26,247 bases of DNA. It comes from Gemmatimonadota bacterium (GTDB lineage: Bacteria > Gemmatimonadota > Gemmatimonadetes > Palauibacterales > Palauibacteraceae). Below the pieces are notes generated by a model. That model made no database searches. It saw only the letters and a list, made by a program, of their open reading frames with translations, and was not told where the DNA came from. Location of the stretch: positions 1 through 26,247 of the forward strand of contig JBDHBK010000008.1 of assembly GCA_039592635.1 (NCBI GenBank), given 5' to 3'. Each line of letters opens with the position of its first letter. The first letter of the stretch is position 1. The translations under genes were made by a program, and so were the position numbers. Below, piece after piece: positions 8,402-16,959 of the stretch.

Positions 8402-10860
8402 TGTTCAGCGCCCATCAGGTACATGTCGAACCACCGAAGCTGCTCCCACAGCACGTGCTCTATGCTCTCGCGGGCCCGATAGCCATGGTCTTCGAACGGC
8501 AGCAGCACCAGCCGGGCCGTTCCGCCCGATCCGCGCACCGCCTCGAAGAACACCTTGGACTGGGGCGTGAGAGTCCCCGGGTTCGAGTCATCTGCACCGT
8601 GGATCACCAGGACCGGTTCGTTGACCTGGTCGGCGAAGAAGGTGGGCGATGCCTGGATGTAGGCATCCCTCGCCTCGAACAGGGAGCGACGCTCGGACTG
8701 GTAGCCGAAGGGCTGAACGGTCTTGTTGTACGAGCCGCTGCGCGCGATGCCCGCCCGGAACAGGTCGGTGTGTGCCAGCAGGTTCGCCACCATGAGCCCC
8801 CCGTGGCTGTGGCCGATGATGCCGATCCGTGCGGGATCGGCCACCCCCATCTCGACGGCCTTCGCCACGGCCGCCTCCGCGTCCGCCACCAGCTGTGGGA
8901 CGAAAGTGTCGTAGGTGGTCTCGGGATCACCCAGCATGGGCATGGCGGTTTGATCGAGCACGGCGTAGCCGCGGAGCAGGAAGTACAGGTGGGATGCGCC
9001 GTACAGGCGCATGAAGCGCTGGGTCGACCCTCTCACCTGTCCGGCGGTGGCCATCCCCGAGTACTCCAGGGGATAGGCATAGAGCACGGTGGGAAGCGCC
9101 GTACCCTCCTCGTAGCCGGGGGGCAGCATCAGCTCGAAGCTCAGGGGCACGCCGTCCGCGCGCTCGTAGCGCACCAGGCGCTTCTCGATCTCGCGCAACT
9201 GGGGCGTTGGATCTTCGAAACTCGTGATCGGCAGGCGAGTCATCGCCCGCGTGGCCTCTCCCTCTGCGGCCTCGATCGGGGTGCCGAGCGTGGCCAGGTA
9301 GTAGTTGGGAACATCCGAGGCGGACTCGGAACTCATCACGAAGTGGCCCTCCTCGCCCGCGAACGCCACGAAGTACTCGTAGCGATCCGGCTCGCTTCGG
9401 AACAGGCGCTCCGTCTCACCGGATTCCAGGTCACGCAGGTCCAGGAAAGGCCGGTCCCCCTGCTCCGTGGCCCCGCTTCCGCTGAAGAAGACCGCGCCTC
9501 CCTCCTGGTGCATCACCCAGCGACCGTTGGGCAGCGGGCGGTAGACGGGGTAGCCCGGATTCCCGTAGCGGTCGCCTTCGTCGAGATCGAACCAGAGGCG
9601 CGACGTGCCCTCGTCCACGTCCAGGAGCCAGACGTAACGCCAGCGGCGCATGCGCTCGCGCTGCGTGAGCATGAGCGTGCCGCTCTCGGCGCCCCAAGTG
9701 CTGGCCGACTGGATCCGGTGCTCGGCCCGGAAGACCTCCTCGGGTTCTGCGCTGAAGGGAGCGTCCAGCCGCATGAGGCGATCGCGATGGGGAACCTCGG
9801 CCACGGGGTTCCCACCGTCGAGCGCCTCCACCCAGAAGAGCGCGTGGGGTGCGGTGGGGCGCCAGGAAACCGAACGTGGCCCGAGCGGAACACCGTGGAT
9901 CGGTACCTCGTCCGCCACCGGCAGGGAGGCGACGGTCGCTACCCGCTCACCTTCATCGTCCCATACCTCGATCTCGCTCGCGAAGCGCCACCAGGCCACC
10001 TCGTGAGACCAGGGCCCGACCAGACGCCCGATGAGTAGGTATTGACCGTCCGGTGAGAAGGAGGCGGTCGTGTACGGAGCGGGCTCGCCCATGACCTCGA
10101 ACTCACCCGTAGCCGGATCCAGGATCACCAGCTCGGACGTCGTGAAGTAGTCGAACAGGGCATCGTCGTAGGCCGTCTCGAGGAGGTTGCGCGCCTCGTA
10201 GGTGGAGCGCGCCGTGGCCCCGGTGGCCTCGGCGATCTCCGGGCCCGCCGGTATGACCGGCGCCCCCGGGGCAGGACCCCGCTCGGGTATGCTGCGTACG
10301 AGCAGACGCTCCTGGTCGGGAAGCCAGGTGGCCGCGCTGCCCATCAGCGGGTTGAGCTCCAGACCCTCGATTCTGGTGACCTCGCCGCCGACCGAGCCGA
10401 CCCACAGCGTTCGGTGGCCGGCGCCTCCGACGGTGAGCGCGAAGCGCTGACCGTCCACGGTCCACGCGACAGAGTGCACCTCGACGTCTGCGGGCAGAGC
10501 CAGCGGAGTCGTGGCTCCGTCCTCGACGCGAACCAGGCGCGGAGAGGTGCCTCCGTGGCGGCCATGCCAGTCGTTGGTGGAGGGGTTCACACGCATCCCG
10601 GCCAGCTTGTGCATCGGCGCGGCCAGCTCCGCCAGCGTGGGATAGAGCACGGGGTCCGCGAGAAGCAGGTACTCGCCCGTGGGTGCCGTCCATGCTTGGG
10701 GAAGCTGCGGCGCATGGAGCACCTCCATGATGTCTGCGGCTGGAGTCTGCCACCGATTCGCTGCCTGCACGACTTCCTGGGCCGTGGCAACGCTGGTCGC
10801 GAAGAAGACCGCGAGGGTGGGTAGAAGCAGGTGGGTCTGCATGACGAGTGCGCGTTTCAT
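8398..10860 (-). CDS. Secreted S9 (prolyl oligopeptidase family) peptidase, glutamyl-endopeptidase/S9D-like
   Basis: Signal peptide, beta-propeller region, nucleophile motif GHSHGG followed by LMVANLLAHTDLFRAGIARSGSYN, Asp in HGADDSNPGT, His in FEDHGY. GGAGG SD. 820 aa. Confidence 0.92.
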   Translation of the reverse strand: MKRALVMQTHLLLPTLAVFFATSVATAQEVVQAANRWQTPAADIMEVLHAPQLPQAWTAPTGEYLLLADPVLYPTLAELAAPMHKLAGMRVNPSTNDWHGRHGGTSPRLVRVEDGATTPLALPADVEVHSVAWTVDGQRFALTVGGAGHRTLWVGSVGGEVTRIEGLELNPLMGSAATWLPDQERLLVRSIPERGPAPGAPVIPAGPEIAEATGATARSTYEARNLLETAYDDALFDYFTTSELVILDPATGEFEVMGEPAPYTTASFSPDGQYLLIGRLVGPWSHEVAWWRFASEIEVWDDEGERVATVASLPVADEVPIHGVPLGPRSVSWRPTAPHALFWVEALDGGNPVAEVPHRDRLMRLDAPFSAEPEEVFRAEHRIQSASTWGAESGTLMLTQRERMRRWRYVWLLDVDEGTSRLWFDLDEGDRYGNPGYPVYRPLPNGRWVMHQEGGAVFFSGSGATEQGDRPFLDLRDLESGETERLFRSEPDRYEYFVAFAGEEGHFVMSSESASDVPNYYLATLGTPIEAAEGEATRAMTRLPITSFEDPTPQLREIEKRLVRYERADGVPLSFELMLPPGYEEGTALPTVLYAYPLEYSGMATAGQVRGSTQRFMRLYGASHLYFLLRGYAVLDQTAMPMLGDPETTYDTFVPQLVADAEAAVAKAVEMGVADPARIGIIGHSHGGLMVANLLAHTDLFRAGIARSGSYNKTVQPFGYQSERRSLFEARDAYIQASPTFFADQVNEPVLVIHGADDSNPGTLTPQSKVFFEAVRGSGGTARLVLLPFEDHGYRARESIEHVLWEQLRWFDMYLMGAEQ

Positions 10861-10967
10861 TCCTGGCCTCCGGGAAGATTGCCGGTGGAACCGGGTAGCA
10901 GGGCCGCGAGGGGGTCACGGGCTGGAACAAAGTATTGGCGGCCGGGGGGATACGCCAAGATCGAGTG

Positions 10968-11153
10968 GATGGGAGGTTCGCCCGCTCAGCCGATCCCGTC
11001 AGGCGTGGCAGCCTGCTCGACCCGGTCGGGCGGGTGGGAGTCGCGGGAGACTGGACCCGCGGCGATCGCCTGGAAAGAGCCTTCATAAGCGGCCTGCAGG
11101 TGGCCGAGGAGCTGGCCGGCTTGTTGGGCGAAGCGGGGTCTCCAGCGGTGTGA
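10968..11153 (+). pseudogene. 3'-end remnant of a renalase-like (COG3380) oxidoreductase gene
   Basis: Codons 10977-11153 align without gaps to 24538-24714 (41 of 58 aa identical by my count, including VGVAGDW). A 1-nt indel lies just upstream, and I saw no homology further 5'. Confidence 0.85.
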
Positions 11154-11171
11154 TCGTGCTCCAGTGCTGAT
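10968..11171 (+). repeat. Diverged direct repeat, copy A (copy B at 24530-24732)
   Basis: Collinear at an offset of 13,561 bp from 10977 onward, extending about 18 nt past the stop codon (ATCGTGCTC-N5-CTGAT shared). Confidence 0.85.
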
Positions 11172-11361
11172 TCCCCCGCGGCATCCACTCCATGAATCAC
11201 ACGAAGCTCTCCACGATGCGTCACGGACGGCGGCCGTCGTTCGCCGACCGTCAAACGACCGTCTCGGGCCGTCGCACGGTTGCTCTCGACCCCCGACGGC
11301 TCCAACTTCAGCGCTCGTCAGGGCAGTACGGCCGGGCAATCAAAGCAGCGAGCGGACCGCA

Positions 11362-13653
11362 ATGAAGAGACTCATCCGGGAAGGCCACCTCCGATCCCTA
11401 TGGCAGGTGCTGGGGATCTACCTCGTAGCGGGGTGGGTGGTACTCCAGGTGGCCGACGTGCTGGCCCAGAACATGGGGTTGCCGGCCTGGGTCTTCCCGT
11501 TCGCCGTCCTCCTGCTGGTCATCGGCCTGCCGGTCGTTCTCGCGACGGCGTTCATCCAGAATCGGCGCGCTGAGCCGGAGTCAACCGAGTCCCCGGAGCC
11601 GGCCCAGCCCGAGGGGGTTGCCACGGACCCGGGAGCGAAGCCGTTCTTCCTGTTCACGTGGCGGAACTCGATTCTCGGCGGAGTGCTGGCGTTCTCTCTT
11701 CTCTTCGGCTTCGCCGGGCTCTACGTCGTCATCAAGGACCGGGGCGAGAGCTTCGCGCCCGCGGAGGCCGTTGCGACCGAGGCCGGTGAGGGCATCGCGA
11801 TCGTCCCGTTCACGGTTCGCGGGGAGGGCCTCGAGGTCTGGCGCGAAGGAATGATGGACGTGTTCACGGCCAGCCTGGACGACGTGGGCGGCTACCGGAC
11901 CATCAGCAGCCGCACGGTCATGGCTCGCTGGAAGGACGCCGTGTCGGAGGACGGCGAGGCCGACCTGGCCACGGCCCGGGACGTAGCCCGTCGTTCGGGC
12001 GCCAAATACGTGATGACCGGGAGCGCGGTGGCGCTCGGCGTCAACGTGCGACTCGCAGCAGACATCTACGACGTCGAGACCGGCCGGGAAATCGGCGCCA
12101 GTCAGGTCGAGGGGCCCGCGGACAGCGTGCTCGTCATGGTGGACGAGCTCGGCGTGGAAGTCATGCAGGCCCTGATGCGCAGCGCGGGCGCCCAGGGTCT
12201 GAGCATTAGGCAGACGCAAGCCATCGTCACCGCCTCTCTCCCGGCGCTTCGCGCCTACCTCAGGGCCGAGGCCCTGTATCGCAACGCGCGGTTCGAGAGG
12301 GCGATCGAGGCGTACGAAGAGGCACTGGAGCTGGATCCCGAGATGTCCCTGGCGCACGCCCGGGTCGCGGACGCTTACGGCTGGATCGAGAACATCGCCA
12401 GCGACAAGGCGGCCGAACACTTCGACTACGCCCTGGCCCACATGGAACGCCTTCCGGCCCGCGAACGCACCCTTGTGCAGGCCAACGCTGCCGTGCTCGC
12501 CGGGGACCTGGAGGGTGTCGGACCGCTTCGCGCCGCGACAAGGAAGTACCCGGACGACCCCGAGGCGTGGTTTCTCCTCGGCGAGTTCTACACCCACTAC
12601 GGAGGGAACCTCCTCCTCGAGATGGAGGATGCGCGGCGTGCGTTCGATCGGGCGATCGAGCTCGATCCCTCGTTTGCCCCGTACTACCTGCACGCCGTGG
12701 AGATGGCCATCATCGAGCGTGACACGGTGCGCGTGGAGCAGCTGCTCGAGGCGCTCGAACCCCTCCAGGCTCGTCGAACCCCGGCGCTCTTGCTCTCCCG
12801 TGACCTGATCCTCGGAGATTCGATTGCCCAGGCCCGCGCGACGGCGGCCCTGGACACGGTGGATGATGCCGTGCTCCGCGACATCTACCCCGACATGTGG
12901 CAGACCTCGGGCCGCCCCGTCGCGATGATGGCGGTGTTCGATGAACTCAGCCGCCGGCGCGATCCGGCGGGAGATTTAAAAGTCTGGCTGCATTTCATGG
13001 CCGGGCAGCCCTCGGCCGTCGAGGGCGAGACGTATCCGTGGATCGAGGCCGGGATCCTCAACACCATGTTCCGCTCCATGCCGAGCGGGGCCTTCGCCGG
13101 CCACCCGTGGGACGGCTGCGGTCTGCAACTCGGATCTGGAGCGATTCACTGTGCCGCCGCGCTGGGCGAAGCTTTCGTGCGCTCCGGGGAACGCGAGAGC
13201 CTCGACAGTCTCGTTGCCGTGCAGCTTCCGAGGCTCAAGGAGGAGCAGCGCCGCGTGGGAGCGGATCGCTACCAGTGGCAGATCGATCTGCTCGACGACG
13301 CCATCCGTGCCTACTCGGTCTCGACGGCGGACCGGGCAGCGGCGATCGAACAACTCGAGCAGCTGCAGGGAACGGGTGGGGTTGCCGACTACTGGATTCG
13401 GGTCTGGCTGGCCGAGCTCTACGAGGCCGAGGGCAACGTGGAAGAGACGATTCGGTATCTCGAATCGCTGCGTTACACGTTCCGGGATTCCCACGTCAAC
13501 TACCGACTGGGACAATTGTACGAGCAGAACGGCCAACCGGTGCGCGCTCGCGCGGCGTACGTCCGCTTTTTACAGGCGTGGGAAGAGGCCGAGCCCGACC
13601 TTCCGCAGGACGACGAGGCCCGGGCGGCGCTGGAGACGCTCCTGGCGGGCTGA
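11362..13653 (+). CDS. Membrane-anchored TolB-like-domain / TPR-repeat protein
   Basis: N-terminal TM pair (RSLWQVLGIYLVAGWVVLQVAD...LPAW) and a third TM, a TolB-like/CsgG-like segment (IAIVPFTV...TISSRTV...YVMTGS...VRLAADIYDV), then TPR-like repeats (AIEAYEEALELDP, PDDPEAWFLLG, RAIELDPSFAPYY). Start moved from 11164 to ATG 11362. Confidence 0.82.
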   Translation: MKRLIREGHLRSLWQVLGIYLVAGWVVLQVADVLAQNMGLPAWVFPFAVLLLVIGLPVVLATAFIQNRRAEPESTESPEPAQPEGVATDPGAKPFFLFTWRNSILGGVLAFSLLFGFAGLYVVIKDRGESFAPAEAVATEAGEGIAIVPFTVRGEGLEVWREGMMDVFTASLDDVGGYRTISSRTVMARWKDAVSEDGEADLATARDVARRSGAKYVMTGSAVALGVNVRLAADIYDVETGREIGASQVEGPADSVLVMVDELGVEVMQALMRSAGAQGLSIRQTQAIVTASLPALRAYLRAEALYRNARFERAIEAYEEALELDPEMSLAHARVADAYGWIENIASDKAAEHFDYALAHMERLPARERTLVQANAAVLAGDLEGVGPLRAATRKYPDDPEAWFLLGEFYTHYGGNLLLEMEDARRAFDRAIELDPSFAPYYLHAVEMAIIERDTVRVEQLLEALEPLQARRTPALLLSRDLILGDSIAQARATAALDTVDDAVLRDIYPDMWQTSGRPVAMMAVFDELSRRRDPAGDLKVWLHFMAGQPSAVEGETYPWIEAGILNTMFRSMPSGAFAGHPWDGCGLQLGSGAIHCAAALGEAFVRSGERESLDSLVAVQLPRLKEEQRRVGADRYQWQIDLLDDAIRAYSVSTADRAAAIEQLEQLQGTGGVADYWIRVWLAELYEAEGNVEETIRYLESLRYTFRDSHVNYRLGQLYEQNGQPVRARAAYVRFLQAWEEAEPDLPQDDEARAALETLLAG

Positions 13654-14036
13654 GCGTAAGCTCTTTCCTGCCGCCGGACCCGTTTTGGTCCAGGGACACT
13701 CGCGCGGCAGTGGGAAGAAGTCACTGGGGCTCGGGAATCCGGCAGCCGAAACTAAGGGGCCTTGCTGGCGCGCCCCTCTTTGCAGGAAGGAGTGGCGGGA
13801 GCCTGCGCCCTCGCCTGTGTGACCGTTCGCGTTCACTTCTCGATCCTTCCGCCGGTGGCGTGATCCTGGCGGAGGCGGTGGCAGGACCCGAGCCGCATCT
13901 GCAGTGCCCTCTGGTGTGTTCGGCAGAGCGGACGCGCAATCGGCCGACACCACCCCATCTTGACATAACGTCCGCGATTGTCCTTCCTAGCTGTGAACCT
14001 CTGGGACCAAGTGCCATGGATTGAAGGGAGGGTGCC

Positions 14037-14600
14037 ATGTCCCGCCTGAACCTCCGCCTCGCTGGATTCCTCGCCATCGCGCTCGCACCGGCGGCGCTCG
14101 ACGCCCAGGAAGAGGAGTACCCGGCACACAAGACCGAAGCCATGATCAAGAACGCCTTGAGTGCGGGCCCGGCGGAACTCGTGACCGATGCGACCGTCGT
14201 CGACCTGCAGGGCAACATGGTCCGCGAGGGTACGAACGGGTACACGTGCATCCCGGATGATCCGGACGTCCCAGGGAACTCGCCGATGTGCGCGGATGAG
14301 ACGTGGTTGGCGTTTATCGACGCCGTCATGAACCGGCGGCCTCCGCCGAAGGTCGAGAAGATGTCGTTCGCCTACATGCTCCAGGGCGATTGGCCTACCA
14401 GCAACACGGATCCGTTCGCAGCAGGGCCGACCCCGGACAATGAGTGGGTAGAGGACATCGGTCCCCACATTATGGTGCTTGTACCAGACATCGACCAACT
14501 GGAAGGCCTCCGGGACGATCCTGGACATGGTGCGCCGTACGTCATGTGGAAGGGGACAGCGTACGAGCATCTGATGATCCCGGCTGCGAAGAGGGAATAG
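14037..14600 (+). CDS. Conserved-looking secreted hypothetical protein
   Basis: AGGGAGGG SD, signal peptide (..ALAPAALDA|Q), and motifs ALSAGP...REGTNGYTC..PMC...YMLQGD..SNTDP...PHIM..YVMWKGT.YEHLMIP that I recognise as a recurring uncharacterised family. Confidence 0.8.
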   Translation: MSRLNLRLAGFLAIALAPAALDAQEEEYPAHKTEAMIKNALSAGPAELVTDATVVDLQGNMVREGTNGYTCIPDDPDVPGNSPMCADETWLAFIDAVMNRRPPPKVEKMSFAYMLQGDWPTSNTDPFAAGPTPDNEWVEDIGPHIMVLVPDIDQLEGLRDDPGHGAPYVMWKGTAYEHLMIPAAKRE

Positions 14601-14734
14601 TCGCGCCGGCTGGTGTGTCCACATAGTGCAGAAGACGGCGTGCCCAGGTACGGGACAGTCTCTTCACGGAGTGGTCTCAACCTCGTGCCGCCGAGCCTGC
14701 CCCAAGCATTGAACCCGAGGTAAAGGATGGAATC

Positions 14735-15034
14735 ATGTACATGATCCGTGAAGTCATCCAGTGCAAGCCCGGCAAGGTTCGTGAGCTGGCGGACAAGTTC
14801 AGGGCCGTCAACGCGCTCATGTTGGATCACGGGATCGAGCCCTTCAGCCTCTACACGGACTACACGGGCGCTCCGTTCTGGACGCTGGTGGTGCAGCGGG
14901 AGTTCGAAGGCATCGAGGCAGCCCAGGAGCTGGAGTCACAGGTATTCGGTTGGGATGCTGCCAAGGAGGCCTTCTCGGGCTATCACGACCTGATCGTCGA
15001 GGGGCGACGGGAGATCTACAAGGTCGCGAGCTAG
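14735..15034 (+). CDS. Small NIPSNAP-like (dimeric alpha/beta barrel) protein
   Basis: 99 aa; IREVIQCKPGK...LYTDYTGAPFWTLVVQREF...Y..LIVEGRREIYKV pattern; AAGGA SD. Confidence 0.65.
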   Translation: MYMIREVIQCKPGKVRELADKFRAVNALMLDHGIEPFSLYTDYTGAPFWTLVVQREFEGIEAAQELESQVFGWDAAKEAFSGYHDLIVEGRREIYKVAS

Positions 15035-15092
15035 CCGCGCCATTGGGAGCGGCATCTCATGGAGACGCCCAGATGCACGAAGGCCTGCCATT

Positions 15093-15135
15093 TGGGTGCT
15101 TCGGGCGGGGATCCGACCACCCCCCGAAGCACCCA
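15093..15135. terminator. 13-bp perfect stem-loop between convergent genes
   Basis: TGGGTGCTTCGGG-N17-CCCGAAGCACCCA. There is no U-tract on either strand, so intrinsic termination is uncertain. Confidence 0.35.
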
Positions 15136-15150
15136 TCGGGCCATGCTCGA

Positions 15151-15444
15151 CTACATTGACATGTGTGACACGGCTTCCTCAGTGGTCCAGACCGCATTCG
15201 CCATGAACCGGAAGTTCGCTACGGCAGAGGCGTAACCGTCCAGGTCGGGCGATACTGCGGCAGCCGTGGCGTCCTTGACCACTGCGACCTCAAAGCCCTG
15301 TTCAGGCAGCTCACGCATGTGTGCCTCGGTGAACAGGTCGGCCGACATGCCCGCCAGGATCACGCGGTCGATTCCCCGTTTCCGGAGCTGGAGCACCAGG
15401 TCGTTCGTCTCAGGCCCGTATACCTTGCGGGGGCTTGATGTCAA
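15151..15444 (-). pseudogene. C-terminal half of an isochorismatase/cysteine hydrolase, degraded
   Basis: KVYGPETNDLVLQLRKRGIDRVILAGMSA...EQGFEVAVVKDATAA matches the family. The expected ANLC nucleophile motif reads ADLF (GAC CTG TTC). The N-terminal half is absent and the 5' edge overlaps the propeller gene. Confidence 0.8.
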
Positions 15445-16615
15445 TTCGATAGATCACGAGCCGCACCACATCCAATTCGTCCCGCTCGGATGCGAGTACC
15501 CTTCCATCGGGAAGAAAGCCCATGGGAAAGGGAGCGTCGGCAGGCAGAGTTCCGATGTACGTGCCATCGGCAGCCAGAACGTCGGTCGGGGTGGGCTCCG
15601 AGCGCGGGCCCCCACGGCTGATCCATATTCTACCATCCGGTCCGACCCGGACGGCCCGGATCGCCGGGACGAATTCGGCGAAGCCACGTTTCTCAACGAC
15701 CTCGTCGGCGGAACACTCGCGAATGCCAGCCGCGCTCACCATGCGCATCCCATCGCCAACCTCGCGAACGGCCAGCTCCCGTGTCGTCCTTCTCGGCTCG
15801 ATCGCACGTCGGTAGCTCGCGACATGAGCGCCGTCGTCGAACGTCTCGATCTGATACGCCGCACCGACGATCGCGGCTGCCCGGCCGCGCCAGGCGTCCC
15901 AGACGATGTTCGAGGCGAAGAGCAATGACATCCCAGAGAGCGACATGCCGCAGCTCTCGAACTCGACCACGCCGGTGGCCGGCGATGTGTGCCGCGCCAG
16001 CTCTGTCGTGTCCGCACCGACCACGCGGAAGAACCGGTACAGCATGTGCTCTTCCTCGATCGTGGAAAGGGCCGAATAATATCCTTCCGTGCCCCAGACT
16101 CGACGGTTGTTGGGCACGAGTTCCTCGACGGCATCCAGCGGCATTCCCTCGGAATCGTATCCGTGCACCGACCCGCGGCCGACATCGTCGATCAGCGCGG
16201 TGCCGTCCGGCTTCACCGTGAGTCCAAACGGCCAGGATATCTCTCCCGGGCCCTTTCCCTCTCGGCCGAGCGTCCGAAGGTGGGAGCCATCGTCGGCGAA
16301 CACGACCAGCCTGTGGCCATCCGCGTCGAGCACGTAGATCCGGCCATCGGCATCGACCCCTACCGTCCTCTCACTCACCGAATAGAACGACTCCGGTCCG
16401 TTCTCCTCGCCCCCGAGCGTCAGCGTCGGTGTGAACGTCCATTCCAGAGGCGTATCGGCTCCCAGGTTGCTGACCACCCGGATTCCAGCGGCGTCGGAAA
16501 CGATGGTTTGCTCTGTGGGTGGACCGTCCCCGCAGGCTGCGGGAAGGGCGAGAAGGAGAACGGCTGCTCGACCCCCGTACCTGATCCGAGGTCTGCGGAA
16601 GCTATTTGCCGGCAT
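15410..16615 (-). CDS. 6-bladed beta-propeller (NHL/TolB-like) lipoprotein
   Basis: Lipobox-like LLALPAAC, then VDADGRIYVLD...RTLGREGKGPGEI, VGPDGRIWI and DVLAADGTYIG motifs. Start taken at ATG 16615 rather than GTG 16639. Confidence 0.83.
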   Translation of the reverse strand: MPANSFRRPRIRYGGRAAVLLLALPAACGDGPPTEQTIVSDAAGIRVVSNLGADTPLEWTFTPTLTLGGEENGPESFYSVSERTVGVDADGRIYVLDADGHRLVVFADDGSHLRTLGREGKGPGEISWPFGLTVKPDGTALIDDVGRGSVHGYDSEGMPLDAVEELVPNNRRVWGTEGYYSALSTIEEEHMLYRFFRVVGADTTELARHTSPATGVVEFESCGMSLSGMSLLFASNIVWDAWRGRAAAIVGAAYQIETFDDGAHVASYRRAIEPRRTTRELAVREVGDGMRMVSAAGIRECSADEVVEKRGFAEFVPAIRAVRVGPDGRIWISRGGPRSEPTPTDVLAADGTYIGTLPADAPFPMGFLPDGRVLASERDELDVVRLVIYRIDIKPPQGIRA

Positions 16616-16959
16616 GCTTTGTCTCTCAGTTGGGAACACAATTCACGCATCACCGATCCGGTAACGAGGGCTCGACACGTCAGACAGGAGCCGAACGACT
16701 TTGGTTGTCCGGGTGCAGAATGTCTGTCTCTTTCCGGCCGCTTTCGAGCCACTGGGGTCCGAACCAATCTCACACCAGCATATCCGGAGGCGAGACATTG
16801 GGAAGGCTCAGCCTGCCAATGATCCCCTGTCGGACGCAAGAGCTCTCACACCGAGTGGCGGGTAGTATCGCATCGGGACCTTTCGAGTTGCGGAAGTCCC
16901 GGTCCTGTCGCAACATCAGACACTCGTACCAACACGCAAGCAGGTAGCGTGGAGCAACC

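Noticed and set aside
13755-13781. AGGGGC-N11-GCCCCT-CTTT as an intrinsic terminator
   Set aside because: The stem is short, the loop large and the U-tract weak, so it is not distinguishable from chance in GC-rich DNA.
13654-14036. Cobalamin riboswitch-like words (GGGAAG, CACTGGG, GGGAATCCGG) and a TTGACA at 13960
   Set aside because: The words occur in the wrong order for the cobalamin consensus, and the TTGACA has no -10 at 16-18 nt. An Rfam scan would settle it.
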